DNA of 64,000 nucleotides from Centroscyllium fabricii (Eukaryota): NCBI GenBank assembly GCA_051313645.2, contig JBNRSN020000025.1, positions 84,940,001 through 85,004,000 on the forward strand, written 5' to 3'. The position numbers and the translations under genes are program-made. Below, piece after piece: positions 1 through 12,753 of this stretch (the stretch's first letter is position 1; the number at the start of each line of letters is the position of its first letter). Under the pieces are notes generated by a model. That model was not told the origin of the DNA, did not search any database, and saw only the letters and a program-made list of their open reading frames with translations.

Positions 1-66
1 TCGTCTCGTTGTATTGTACTAGTACTCTGCAATGACAATAAAACTTGAATTGAATTGAATTGAATT
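1..66 (+). mobile_element. 3' tail of a non-LTR retroposon (caatgacaataaa + (TTGAA)n; Rex1/Babar-like)
   Basis: PolyA signal followed by pentanucleotide repeats; same tail type as 42140-42208. Confidence 0.5.
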
Positions 67-69
67 ATC

Positions 70-1095
70 TATCTAATCGTAGCCAGGGAATCACCTACAA
101 TGGCTTCTCTTCCCGCTCCCGCACCGTTACCTCTGGTTCCCCCCAAGGATCTATCCTTGACCCCCTCCTATTTCTCATCTACCTGCTGCCCCTTGGTGAC
201 ATCATCCGAAAACACTGTCAGTTTCCACATGTACGCTGACGACACCAAACTCTACCTCACCATCATTTCACTCAACCCCTCCATGGTCTCTAAATTGTCA
301 GACTGCTTGTCAGACATCCAGTTCTGGATGAGCAGAAATTTTCTCCAATTAAATATTGGGAAAACCGTAGCTATTGTTTTCAGTCCCCGCCACAAACTCC
401 GTTCCCTAGCCACCCACTCCACCCCTCTCCCTGGCAACTGTCTGAGGCTGTTCACAACCTTGGTGTCATAGTAGACCCTGAAATGAGCTACCGACCACAT
501 ATCTGCGCCATAACTAAGACCGTCTATTTCCACCTCCATAACATCGCCCGATTCCGCCCTGCCTCAGCTGTTCTGCTACTGGAACCCTCATCCATGCCTT
601 TGTTACCTCTAGACTTGACTATTCCAACCCACTCCTGGCCGACCTCCCCCGTTCTACCCTCCGTAAACTTGAGGCCATCTAAAACTCAGCTGCCCGTGGC
701 CCCTCCATGGCCTCGTCCCTCCCTATCTCTGTAACTGCCTCCAGTCCATCAGGCGTGATCTCATTGAATGGCGCAGCAGACTCGAGGAGCCGAATGGCCT
801 ACTCCTATCTTCTATGTCCCACAACCCCCCCCCACCCCGAGATATTTGCGCTCCTCTAATTCTGCCCTCTTGAGCTCCCTGATTATAATCACTTCACCAT
901 TGGTGGCGGTGCCTTCTGTTGCCTTGGCCCTAAGCTCTGGAATTCCCTGCCTAAACCTCTCTACCACGTTTTCCTCCTTTAAGACGCTCCTTAAAACCTA
1001 CAACTTTGAGCAAGCTTTTGATCACTTGCCCTCATTTCTCCTTATGTGGCTCAGTATCAAATTTTTCAAGTTGTTGTTGTTGAGTCTGCTGTGAA
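70..1095 (+). mobile_element. Degenerate L2-clade LINE, RT to 3' end, interrupted by a CR1-type tail at about 748-818
   Basis: [10 protein letters not shown]...LSDCLSDIQFWMSRNFLQLNIGKT RT motif, frameshifts, L2-type 3' region. Confidence 0.8.
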
Positions 1096-1619
1096 TTCTA
1101 CCTCATGAACTGGGAAGTCTGGATTGGGATTTAGTTGTGTTGTGAGTAGATACATTTTGAAGGGTCAGCAGCTTCTCGGAGTTCACAGTTATTACCGCCT
1201 GCTTCTTACTCAAACACCGGTGATTTTTTAAGTCACAATTTTTGTTCTGGTGGCAGTGCCATGAGAAAGACTAAGAAACCCAAAGGCTGTGTGATTGGAC
1301 TGGGAGGAGAAGAGAATCGCCAATCCCCTCATTGCCTCCCCTTGGTCTAGTTAGCTTTTGTTGGCTTAATTTCTGGATCCGTCTTAAGAGTTGAACTTTG
1401 GGTCGCTCAGTGGAGAATCCAATATTCCAGTTTTGCAGCCACTAGACTTGGTGCTGGCTCCTTATATATTTAGGACACGTGACTTTTACCAGTCCACACA
1501 CTTTAGTGTGAATTACTATTCGAAAAAATGTTTAGTCAGATTTGACACATGACTAACAATAGACCAATTATAACTTCACAGTACTGAAAGCCCAATGTAA
1601 TCTTGATGGAATTACATAC

Positions 1620-1733
1620 CAAACCATTCCAAGGTTGGAGGAGGATTCCCAGTTGCAGTGCATCGGAATTCTGCTGTCTGTCCCTGCTTGACTGTTAGGA
1701 TGGGAGGCTCGATTGTCGCTACTGGTGCTGTTG
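1620..1733 (-). CDS. HSPG2: HSPG2 exon, first half of Ig repeat ((A)TAPVATIEPPILTVKQGQTAEFRCTATGNPPPTLEWF), 114 nt, phase 1-1
   Basis: Acceptor ttttgccttgccatag|CA, donor G|gtatgt. AEFRC.ATG.P.PTLEW matches perlecan. Confidence 0.95.
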
Positions 1734-2859
1734 CTATGGCAAGGCAAAACATAATTTTATTCAATTTAAATACTTTAATAACAATCCTTTTGCGAGGCCC
1801 TCCAGCTTGCTTGGAACTGTATAGAAGCTCTTCTCCAATTCTCCGTTGTCTGGGATGGCCAGAGAATGAGAAACCAAATAGATCCATTAAATGAGTGAGT
1901 AACATTCTTTACATAACAAAAAGAAATGATTCAGAGGTAGGCCAGTTAAACAAACGGACACATTTTTAATCCTGGCATTATCAGACTAGAGTGCAGTGGT
2001 GGAGTAGTGAAATAGTAAAAGATTGTTGGTTACAGATATATTGAACAAACCCCAACATCTCCACAAGTTCTGTTTCATTCATAGCGGGCACAGACACTAT
2101 TTACTAATGAATCAAGGAATCTAAGTAATGACAGTGATGAAGTACATAGCCTCTTGCAATTGAACGAGGGATAATATGCCCTGTGGGAATGCCAACTTAT
2201 CGGGCTATATTCACAAACTAAACCAATGGCAGCACCAAGATTAGAGAACTTTGACCCTATTTGAAGCCCTTTTCTCATGTGGTAGCCCGTGATTGGATCC
2301 ACAGATTCTTTGGATAAGAACAGGAAATAAAATAATTTATCATAGTTTGGCCATTGCATCTCAATTTTACCAATTCAACTGACCTGCTCGCAACACACCA
2401 TGTCACAAACTTTTGATTGTCACTTGCACCAGGCTATGCACTGGGGAAGGGCAGTGCCAACAACATATTTACAGCCACCGGTTTTTCCTTTGAGTAACAT
2501 AGTTAAGAGAAACATGCACTGGTTCTGAAAGATACTCCAATTCTGAGTCTAAAGAAACTTGTCATTGGCAGTTGCCCAGATGACTGACCAGATCCTAATC
2601 ATTTTCTTCACTTCCGCACATTAGTTTACTTAGAGACAGAATAGCAATGATTAATTTATTTTGCCTGATTTAAATAAAGCCAGTTTGAAACTTATGGAAA
2701 AAACAGGTTATACTCAAAGTCACTGATAGCAAATAATGGAACCCCTAATTTTCTTGATCTCCTTGAAGGAGGCAAGCTTTCCTTTTTTGAATTCTCCCGA
2801 GTCTTCAATAAACAGTATGGGGTCCTCTGCAGTGCACAAGTGGCACGCCAGCCCATCTT

Positions 2860-3020
2860 CATAGAATCATAGAATCCCTACAGTGCAGATAGAGGCCATT
2901 TCGGCCCATCGAGCCTGCACCGACACATATCCCACCCTATCCCCGTAACCCCACATATTCAATCCCCCTAACACTAAGGGGTCAATTTATCATGGCCAAT
3001 CAACCTAACCCGCACATCTT
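2860..3020 (-). mobile_element. 5'-truncated HE1-like (V-SINE) copy with original tail
   Basis: Reverse complement of the 3' half of the full SINE at 23428; (CATAGAAT)n tail. Confidence 0.8.
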
Positions 3021-5846
3021 GAGCTTTCCTTTCAGATCTAGGAAGAGGAGGAGGCCATTCAGCCCTTCGAGCCTGCTCCATCATTCAACCAGGTCACGGT
3101 TGATCTGCACCTCCACTCTATTTACTGCCGTTGTTTCAGACCACTCCATACCCTCATCTAATAAAAATCCATCCAACAGTCTGGAAAAGTTCAATTGTCC
3201 TAGCAACTGCTTCATAATGATTAACGGGAGCGTAGAGCAGCCCATTTTCTGCTGAACAGCCCTGAACAGATCTGGAAACGGCATTATCAAACACCTGCAC
3301 AGCAAGATCCATGTACAGTTTTAACTTGGGGAGTTTTGAGAAATAAAATCGAGATATGGTTTCAACAGAACCGTTATTTACCCCATGTTTGGAGGGGTTA
3401 CATCAGCCAGCGTAATACCACGGCAATGTTTCCACCAAATGGTTCCTAATGTATTTGAAGTTGGGCGCTGAAATTATTGCCGAAATCGAAGTATCCCAAT
3501 TAACAGGTTGCCAGTGAATTGGTTAATCAGCTCGGTTTGTAGGTGCTGGAACCCTCCCTGAACCAGTCCCAGCTCAGTGTCTGTAGTGCTGCGGACACAG
3601 CACAGAAGCCTCTCACTCACTCGCTCATTATATTGGTGCAATATTCATTCTTGCTGGGGTCAAACAATCCCAAATACTTTGAGCCAGATATGCAATGATG
3701 AGCAATATTGAATTCTACAATCTCAATCTCTAGTTTCATTTTTAGTTGCAGGACTTGAAGTGGGTTAACTTTCATACTTGGGCAGTCTTCATTTCTCTCA
3801 AGTCTAATACATTTATGAACTTATTTTTGCTTCTGGTAAATTCTAGCAAAGGGGTGGGAGGATTCAGAAAAGGGTAACTTCAAAAGCGAGAGAAATGTCA
3901 AGGCTGTAGAACAGAGTAGTGACTGGGATAAAGGTAAGCAGAGTGGGCCAGGAAGGGACAGAGAGAGTAACAATGGTAATAGGGCACTAGGTACTAAAGT
4001 GACATCAGGGAAAAATATTTAAAAAGTTAAAGCTAAGGGCACTATATCTGAATGCATGAAGCATTTGCAACAAAATAGATGAATTAATAGCGCAGATAAA
4101 AATAAATGGGGTTGATTTAATAGCCATTACAGAGACGTGGTTACAGAGTGCCCAAGGTTGGGAACTAAATATTCCAGGATATTTGACTTTCAGAAGAGAC
4201 AGGCAGAAAGGAGGAGGGGTGGTCCTGGCAATAAAGGAGGGAATAAAGACAGTAGAGAGAAAGGATTTTGGCTTGGAAAAATAAAATGTAGAATCAGTTT
4301 GGGTGGAGCTTAGAAACAAGGGACATAAAACACTAGTGGGAGTAGTCTATAGGCCCTCTAACAGTGGTTGTAGTGTGAGGCAGAGTATAAATCAGGAAAT
4401 TAGAGATGCATGTAACAAGGGTAATACAGTGATCATGGGGGACTTTAACTTTCATATAGTCTGAGCAAACCACATTTTCAGAAATAGTGCAGAGGAAGAG
4501 TTCATGGAATGCATTCAAGATAGTTTTCTAGATCAGTATGTCAAGAAACCGATGAGGGATTTGGCTATTTTAGATCTAGTACTATCCAATGAGACAGGGT
4601 TAATTAATAACCTTGTAGTAAAGGAGCCTCTGGGAGCAGTGATCATAATATGATAGAATTTTATGATGATGAGTTTGAGAGTGATTTAGTTAAGTCCGGA
4701 ACTAGGGTCCTAAACCGGAACAAAGCAAACTACATAGGTATGAGAGGCGAGTTGGCTAAGGCAGGTTGGGAAACTAGATTCAAAGATATGGCAGTAGAAA
4801 AGCAATGGCAGCCATTTAAAGAAATAATTCAGAATTCGCAACGAATATCCATTCCCTTAATAAAAACACCATGGAAAAAATGGTCCAACAGTGGCTAACA
4901 AGAGAAATTAAAGATAGTATTAGATTAAAGGAAGAGGCTGATAATGTTGCCAAAAAGAGTAAGCCTGAGGATTGGGAGGATTTTAGAATTCAGCAAAGGA
5001 GAACCAAGAAATTGATAAAGAAAGGGAAAATAGAATGAGTGTAAATTATCAAGAGGCATAAAAACAGACTGCAAAAGCTTCTATAGGTATGTAAAAAAGA
5101 AAAGATTAGCGAAAGTAAACGTGGGTCCCTTACGGGCTGAGACAGGAGAAATTATAATGGAATATGGAAATGGCAGAGAAATTAAACAAATACTTTGTGT
5201 CTGTCTTCACGGAAGAAGACGCAAAAAACCTCCCGGAAATAGTGGAGAACCAAGGGTCGAGCGAGAATGAGGAACTGAAATAGATTATTAGTAAAAAAAA
5301 GTACTGGAAAAATTAATGAGACTGAAGGCCGATAAATTCCCTGGATCAGATGGCCTACATCCTAGGGTTTTGAAAGAGGTGGCTATAGAGATAGTGAATG
5401 CATTGGTTGTCATTTTCCAAAATTCCATAGATTCTGGAACATTTCCACAGATTGGAAGGTAGCAAATGTAACCCCACTATTTAAGAAAGGGGGGGGAAGA
5501 GAGAAATCAGGTAACTACCGACCAGTTAGCCTGACTTCAGTAGCAGGGAAAATGCTAAAATCTATTAGTAAGGACGTAGTAACAGGGCACTTAGAAAATA
5601 ATAATTAGATTGGGTAGAGTCAACATGGATTTAGTAAAGGGAAATTGTGTTTGACGAATCTGTTAAGAGCTTTTTGAGGTTGTAACTAGCAGGATAGATG
5701 AGGGGGAACCAGTGGATGTGGTGTATTTGGATTTTCAGAAGGCATTCGATAAGGTGCCACACAAGAGGTTATTAAACAAAATTAGGGCTCATGGGATTGG
5801 GAGTAATATACTAGCATGGATTGAGGATTGGTTAACGGACAGCAAA

Positions 5847-6073
5847 CATAGAAGATAGGAGCAGGAGTAGGCCATTCGGCCCTTCGAGCCTGCTCCGCCA
5901 TTCAATGAGATCATGGCTGATCATCCAAACCCAGTACCCTGTCCCTGCCTTCTCCCCATATCCCTCGATCCCCATCGAGCCTGCACCGACACATATCCCA
6001 CCCTATCCCCGTAACCCCACATATTCAATCCCCCTAACACTAAGGGTCAATTTATCATGGCCAATCAACCTAA
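5847..6073 (-). mobile_element. 5'-truncated chimeric HE1-like SINE (CR1 tail swapped) inserted in the CR1
   Basis: Interrupts CR1 at ...gacagcaaac|agagtagg; SINE body joined to a CR1 3' UTR tail at about 5971. Confidence 0.8.
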
Positions 6074-6828
6074 CAGAGTAGGAATAAATGGGTCATTTTT
6101 GGGTTAGCAGGCTGTAACTAGTGGGGTACCGCCAGGATCAGTGCTTGGGCCTCAGCTATTCACAATCTACATCAATGGTTTGGATGAGGGGAACCAAATG
6201 TAATATATCCAAGTTTGCTGATGATACAAAGCTGCGCGGGAATGTAAGTTGTGAGGAGAATGCAAGGAGGCTCCAAGGGGACATAGATAGGCTAAGCGAG
6301 TGGACAAAAACATGACAAATGGAATATAATGCGGAGAAATGTGAAGTTATCCACTTTGGTAGGAAAAATAGAAAAGCAGAGTATTTTTTAAATGCCGAGA
6401 GATTAGGAAATGTTGGTGTTCAGATGGACTTGGGTGTCCTTGTACATGAATCACTGAAAGTTAACATGCAGGTACAGAAAGCAATTAGGAAAGGAAATGG
6501 TATGGTTGACCTTAATTACAAGAGGATTTTAGCACAAGAGTAAAGACGTCTTACTGCAATTATATAGGGCCCTGGTGAGACCACACCTGTTGTATTGTGT
6601 ACAGTTTGGGTCTCCTTGCCTAAGGAAGGATCAACTTGCCATAGAGGGAGTGCAACAAAGGTTCACCAGACTGATTCCTGGGATGGGGGGAATTGTCCTC
6701 TGAGGAGAGATTGAGTTGACTGGACCTATATTCTCTCGAGTTTAGAAGAATGAGAGGTGATCTCATTGAAACATATAAAACTCTTACAGGGCTTGACAGG
6801 GTAGATGCAGGGAGGCTGAGGAGTCTAG

Positions 6829-6966
6829 GGTAGAGTGTTCAACACATCGAGACAGAGACAGGATTGTGTGTGTGTTCAGCCATTGCTCGAGGCCTTGTTT
6901 AATCTGGTCTCACTTCCTGTTAACCCTCTGTTGCCCCCTACTGGGCAGAGGGTAACTATCACCACA
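6829..6966 (-). mobile_element. 138-bp solo-LTR-like insertion with TCTAG target-site duplication
   Basis: TCTAG at 6824-6828 and 6967-6971 within the CR1. Minus strand starts TGTGG, contains ATTAAA and ends ctacc (degenerate CA). Confidence 0.55.
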
Positions 6967-7133
6967 TCTAGAACCAGGGGTCACAGTCTCAGAATAAGGG
7001 GTCAGCCATTCAGGACTGAGATGAGAAGTTTCTTCACTCAGAGGTTGGTGAATCTTTGGAATTCTCCACCCCAGAGGGCTGTGGAGGCTCAGTCGTTGAG
7101 TATATTCAAGACAGATAGATAGATTTATGGATA

Positions 7134-7728
7134 CAGGTTGAGCACCGTTAATCCAGCACGGGCGGGACCAGGCCCGTGCCGGGCAAGTGAAATCGCGAAC
7201 AACTGAAGCTTCGGCGAGCGCATACCATTCAAAATGGCCACCGCGAAAGACCGGCAGCCATTTTGAGTGGTCTGCACATGCGCTTATCGTTCGGCGAGTC
7301 CCGGCCCAGCCCGCAATCGGGGAGTCCCGGCCCAGCCCGCGTTCGGGGAGTCCCGGCCCAGCCCGCGTTCGGGGAGTCCCGGCCCAGCCCGCGTTCGGGG
7401 AGTCCCGGCCCAGCCCGCGATCGAGGAGTCCCGGCCCAGCCCGCGATCGAGGAGTCCCGGCCCAGCCCGCGATCGGGGAGTCCCGTCCCAGCCCGCGATC
7501 GGGGAGTCCCTCGATTGGGGAGTCCCGGCCCAGCCCGCTATCGGCTCGGAGAGACCATTGTGAATGATCTGCGCATGCGCTCGGCGTTCAGCAGTGCATA
7601 CGCAGATCATTCGCCGAAGCATGAATCGCGGCAGCCATTTTGTGCATGCGCGGGGCAGTCGGGGAAATTATTGCCGGACGTTCGAAGTTGCCGATTTTTC
7701 GGGTAACGGATTAACGGTGCTCAACCTG
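7134..7728. mobile_element. Tigger/pogo-like (Tc1-mariner) MITE
   Basis: 21-bp TIR CAGGTTGAGCACCGTTAATCC / GGATTAACGGTGCTCAACCTG, TA duplication, no transposase. Confidence 0.9.
7292..7545. repeat. 26-bp GC-rich minisatellite (GGGGAGTCCCGGCCCAGCCCGCGWTC), about 9-10 units, inside the MITE
   Basis: Direct tandem units visible; source of the repetitive ORFs at 7187-7706. Confidence 0.9.
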
Positions 7729-9123
7729 TATTAAGGGAATCAAGGGTTATGGGGATAGTGCAGGAAAGTGGAGATGACATAGAAGATCAGCTGTGATCAT
7801 ATTGAATGGCGGAGCAGGCTTGAGGGGGCGAATGGCCTACTCCTGCTCCTATTTTTTATGTGGCCTTTTCTTTGTGAATTCTGAGATCAAGGCGAAGGAT
7901 GTTAGTGGTGGAAATGACTCAGGCACCCAGTGTCAGCATTAAGCGTGCAGGTCAGGTGTAGCACAGTTAGATTTAGAGTAGAGCAATTTCTATTCTGCCG
8001 CAACATTATAATACCCACTACTGCACCAGTACAACATTGTCCCATTTCCCACACATCCTGTGGCTTCGCTGGACGAGACTGCCAATTCGGAGCAGTTTTA
8101 TACAAGCCTGTGGATAGGACTCGTGAAACTCATTTCACATACAACTTATCAGACAAGAGACTTCCACCCCATCAGTCTGGGCTATCCCTTACTTAGAACT
8201 TTTCAATTTCCTTTTCACTATCCATATATTCTTCTTTCCTTCAAGTTTGTTTTCCAGATTTTCTTTCCCCAAGATCCTTCGATCCATATCTCACTCCTGC
8301 AGCTATCGGCAGCAATTTTACTGCAGGAACTACCAACAGAAGGCCAATCCCTATTCACGGGTGCAGCTATTTATTGTAGCCTGTACCAAATCTGGTTATA
8401 TTATTCCTATCATGGTCAGTTTATAGCACTCACGTCACTGAGAAAGGTATCTAGAGCTCATGCAATTAAATGCATTAAACACAATTGATAGGTTTGAAAA
8501 AAATACTGAAAGTCTGAGTTGAGTTGAATAGCTGACCCTATTTATTGAACAAGTTCCAATGTAACAAAGTCCCTTGGCACTATGGAAAAGGGTCTGAATA
8601 GAGAATCCTGGACACATTATTGAGGCCCAATAGAAGGGTAACATTAAAGTTTTCATTTGGCATTGCTGAAGGCAAAACTCCTCGTGATGAATAACTGGGG
8701 GGCATCATTCCCCTAAACAATACTCCTGTACTAATTTATATTCTCAACATAAGTTACGAGAATCAGATTAGGTGTCTGAAAACACAATCGAGCTCTGAAT
8801 CAGGCGAAGTTGGCAGGGTATCATGGCCGAGTGCTTTGAAGAACTTGGCTGTTTCCAATGTCTTTAATTATCTGTGGCATTGGTTGGATTTTTTTTGGTG
8901 GGATTTCTATCCCGGTCAGTCTAGTACATGAATACTGTAATAATATATTTGAACCCCTTGTTTTAGCTGACAATTTCACTTCAAGGTTTGTTTTTAAAGA
9001 ATCTGATTTGCAATTGTTTGGGGAAAACCATAAAGAAAATGTAAAACGCCAAGAAATAAAAGTCACCCGAGAACTGAAGTAACTTTCAAGAAATTCTGTT
9101 ATTTGGACAAATCCCAGTTATAT

Positions 9124-9412
9124 TGCAGGGAATGGCAGTCCCCTAATCTTCGAAATCGATAATAACATCGAAAGGACGTGGAGCAAACGTAAACAGGTCT
9201 TTATTGGTTTCGATCCAGAAACGACTGAGTTACAAAAGGCGCTAAAATGCAAAGCATCATGGGGCTTTTGTTGGACAGCCTGCAGGACCAATCAAGGACC
9301 GGAACTGTTGATCCAACTAACCAATGAGGAAACAGGGGCGGGACCAACTCTGGAATGTGGATTCTAACATCCTGGGGGAATCGGAGTGTTTCCCCCTCGT
9401 GGCTCTGCTACA
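9124..9412 (-). repeat. 3' LTR of the Gypsy element
   Basis: Direct repeat of 12754-13042, preceded by the polypurine tract. Confidence 0.93.
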
Positions 9413-12400
9413 TACGCCCCCCCAGAATCCTCATGAACATGATACGTCAACCTCCGAGGCGGCCGCTACGGGTACGATAGGCCGCCGGTGCAAGGGGCAC
9501 TAGCGGTGAGCCGCGAACAGGACTGGAGGGCGGCTGTGCCGCAGGAGTAGGAGGCGAGACCAGAGAGCAAGATGTGGAGTTGTACCCGAGGGTGTAAACA
9601 GCGCGGGACCCGCTGGGGGCACGCTCGGGACAGAGAAACGCTCCTGGCGCGGTGCCCGGGAAAACTGTTCAGGCAAGGCAGGATCCAAATGGGCTGGTTT
9701 AAGCCGGTCGATGGAAACGCGGTCCTGCCGGCCCCCAACCGCAAGGAGGAAAGATTTGTCACCAGCCTCCAGCACACTGAAAGGGCCGGTATAAGGCGCC
9801 TGTAAAAGAGTTCTATGGGTGTCACGATGCACAAAACCAAATTGTGCCCAGCGGAGCTCGGTGGGTATGTGGGACTACCAGGCCCCGTGCCGAGAGGTGG
9901 GCACAGGAAGGAAACGATGCGCGGCGTCATTGTGCCGAGTGAGCTGCTCACCGGCTGACCAATTCTCGGTGACGGAGGGGAGGAACTCTCCTGGAATGCG
10001 CAAAGGTTGCCCAAACACGAGTTCGGTGGAAGACACGCCGAGGTCGTCCTTGGGAGCGGAGCGTAATCGCAGAAGGACCCAAGGGAGTCTGTCCAACTAG
10101 TTGGCGTCGACCAGGCTTGCATGAAGTGAGGCCTTGAGGGCGCGGTGGGACCCCTCGCAAATACCGTTTGCCTGCGGATGATAAGCAGTCGTGCAGTGCA
10201 ACTGCGTCCCCAGGCCAGTGGCGATTGCGCTCCACAGCTGGGAGGTAAACTGTGGGCCCCTGCCAGAAGTGATGTCCGACGGAACCCCAAACCGGGCCAC
10301 CCATGAAAAAATAAAGGCGCGTGCCACATCAGCCGAAGTGGTGGAAGCAAGGGGTACGACCACCGACCACCTGGTAGTGCGGTCCACGATGGTAAGGAGA
10401 TGGGTGAAACCCTGTGATGGGGACAAGGGGCCAACCAAATCAACATGGATATGATCAAACCGCCGCTCGGGCACCGGAAAATTTTGCAGGGGCGCCTTAG
10501 TGTGCTGATGGACCTTAGCGCGTTGGCAGTCCTGGCAGGTGTTATTCCAGTTCCGGCAGGTGTTATTCCAGTTCCGCACATCTTTGTGTAGGCCTGGCCA
10601 GACAAATTTGGCGGACATGAGCTTCTGAGAAGCTCGCATGGCCCGGTGTGAGAGCCCATGGACCAAACCAAAAATGTGCCTGCGCCAGGAGGTGGGCACT
10701 AAGGGCCATGGGGTGGAAACGGAAATGTCACGCAAGAGGGTCGTACCGGCTGCCTGAAAATGAACATCCGCTAGGGTCAGTCTGGTGGATGCAGAACGAA
10801 GAGCCTGCAGCTCGGCATCCGCCCGCTGGGCGCGCGCCATCTCTGCATAATCAACACCAACGTGGACCGTGTGGATGGAAGGACGGGAGAGGCAGTCGGC
10901 AATGACATTATCCTTACTGGACACGTGACGAATGTCCATAGTAAATTCTGAAATGAAATTCAGGTGGCGTGGTTGGCGACATGACCAGGGTTCTGTGACC
11001 TTGGACATGGCAAAAATTAGGGGCTTATGGTCCACGTAAGCAGTGAACGGACGGCCCTCCAAGAGAAAACGAAAATGCCACACTGCGAGAAAAAGAGCTA
11101 GCAGTTCCCGGTCGAACGTGCTATACGAGAGCTCACTTTTCCGCAGTTGGCAGCTAAAAAATGCGAGGAGCTGCCAGGCACCATCAACCCATTGTTGCTG
11201 AACGGCGCCAATGGCATGATCCGAAGCGTCCGTCGTGAGCGACAGTGGGGCGCCCAGGATGGGGTGGGTCAAAAGGGTGGCTTCGGCCAGGGCTGACTTA
11301 GTGAGGCGAAAAGCCTCAGCCATTTTGGCCGACCACTGAAGACTATCTTTGCCGGTCTTGCCCCTAGTGGCCTCGTACAGGGGCCGCATGATGGCGGCGG
11401 CCTTGGGAATGAACCGGTGATAAAAATTTACCAGTCCCAGAAATTCCTGTAGTGCCTTAACCGTGCTGGGCTGGGGAAAATCTGTGACCGCTTCGACTTT
11501 AGAGGGTAAAGGGATGGCTCCCGCCGGGGAGATGTGATGTTGGACGGCATGTTTGGCTGCCACCTTGGAAAAGGTCGGCTGTGTAATGGTCGGGAACTTG
11601 GCCAGTAGTCACGCATATTTGTCGCGAAGAGGAGGAGAGCAGGAGCCCACAAGGGGTTGGCTGTCGCTCCGCTGGCAGGGCAGGGAGGTAAAGATAGACA
11701 CGTCCATGAGGCGTCTGCCCCGGACGTCCATGAGCAGGCCATGGGCACACAGGAAATCCACGCCCAGCAATGGATGTTCCACATGGGTCGTAACGAAATC
11801 CCAGGTAAACCATTGGCCACCCAGGCGAATCTCTGCCCGCCGTTTTCCAAAAGTGGCTATGGCTGTGCCATTCACCACCACGAGGGGTGGGCCACTGCGG
11901 CCTGCTTGTCGATCGAGCTGCGTAGCTGGTAGAATGCTGCATTGAGACCCGGTGTCGCAGAGGAACTTTCGTCCAGAAAGTGAGTCTGTGACGTACAGCA
12001 CTTTCCCGTTATGCCAATGGCATTAGCAGCGGCTGGGCTTTGGCGGCTGGGCCTTGGCGGCGGTGCGGGGTCGGAGCGTGGGGTTTGGACACAACCTCTT
12101 TGCCGTCGAATGAACAAGGTGGTCGGCAGCGATGAGCCTTCTGGCCGAAACATGCATGGTAATAACAGCTGCGTAGGGGCAGAGAGACTCGTGGATGCAC
12201 AGTTAGTGGGTGCACAAAGGCAAACACGGTCCGCAGCGGTGGCCAACTCGGCGTAGGTCCCGCCTTTAACGTTTGCTAAAGCCGATTGCACAGGCTGTGG
12301 GAGCAGACTGATGAATAGCGCCCGAAACAAAGGGCAGTCTTTGTGGTCCCCGAGGAGGGCTAGCATGCGATTCATCAGGCGCGTAGGCGTGGAGTCGCCT

Positions 12401-12753
12401 AGGTCCGAGAGTTCGAGGAGTTTCCGGGTCCTTACATCTTCCGGTAGGTCGTGAGCCTGGAGCAGTCGGCTCTTAATGGCAGCATACCTGTTAGTTTGAA
12501 GCAGGTCCTGCAGCAGGTCCACGATGTCCGTGGCAATGTGGCTAGGCAGAGCCGAAATGACGAGGAGGTAGCAGTCCTCAATTGCTATCGAGGCGCTTGA
12601 GCTGGAACTGGGCCTCTGTTTGCAAAGACCAAGCGGCTGCCTGGTGCTCCCAAAAGGTGGGGAGGCTGATGGTCGACGGCCTTTCGCGTTGCCCAGCCTC
12701 GGGGTTCGCGTTCTGGTCAGCACCTTCTGGTTCTGACATTCAGGGTCACCAAT

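Larger units (their letters stand above)
3842..7860 (+). mobile_element. Degenerate CR1 LINE ORF2 (APE endonuclease + RT) plus 3' UTR, with three nested insertions
   Basis: YLNA*SI..K.DEL, AITETWL, GDFN, YLDFQKAFDKVPH and KFADDTKL motifs with many stops and frameshifts; CR1 tail gaatggcctactcctgctcc. Confidence 0.92.

Noticed and set aside
7187-7706. Overlapping Pro/Arg-rich ORFs
   Set aside because: Derived from the 26-bp repeat inside a MITE.
9466-10671. 401-aa ORF overlapping the Gypsy integrase
   Set aside because: Alternative-frame read of GC-rich pol sequence with no recognisable motifs.
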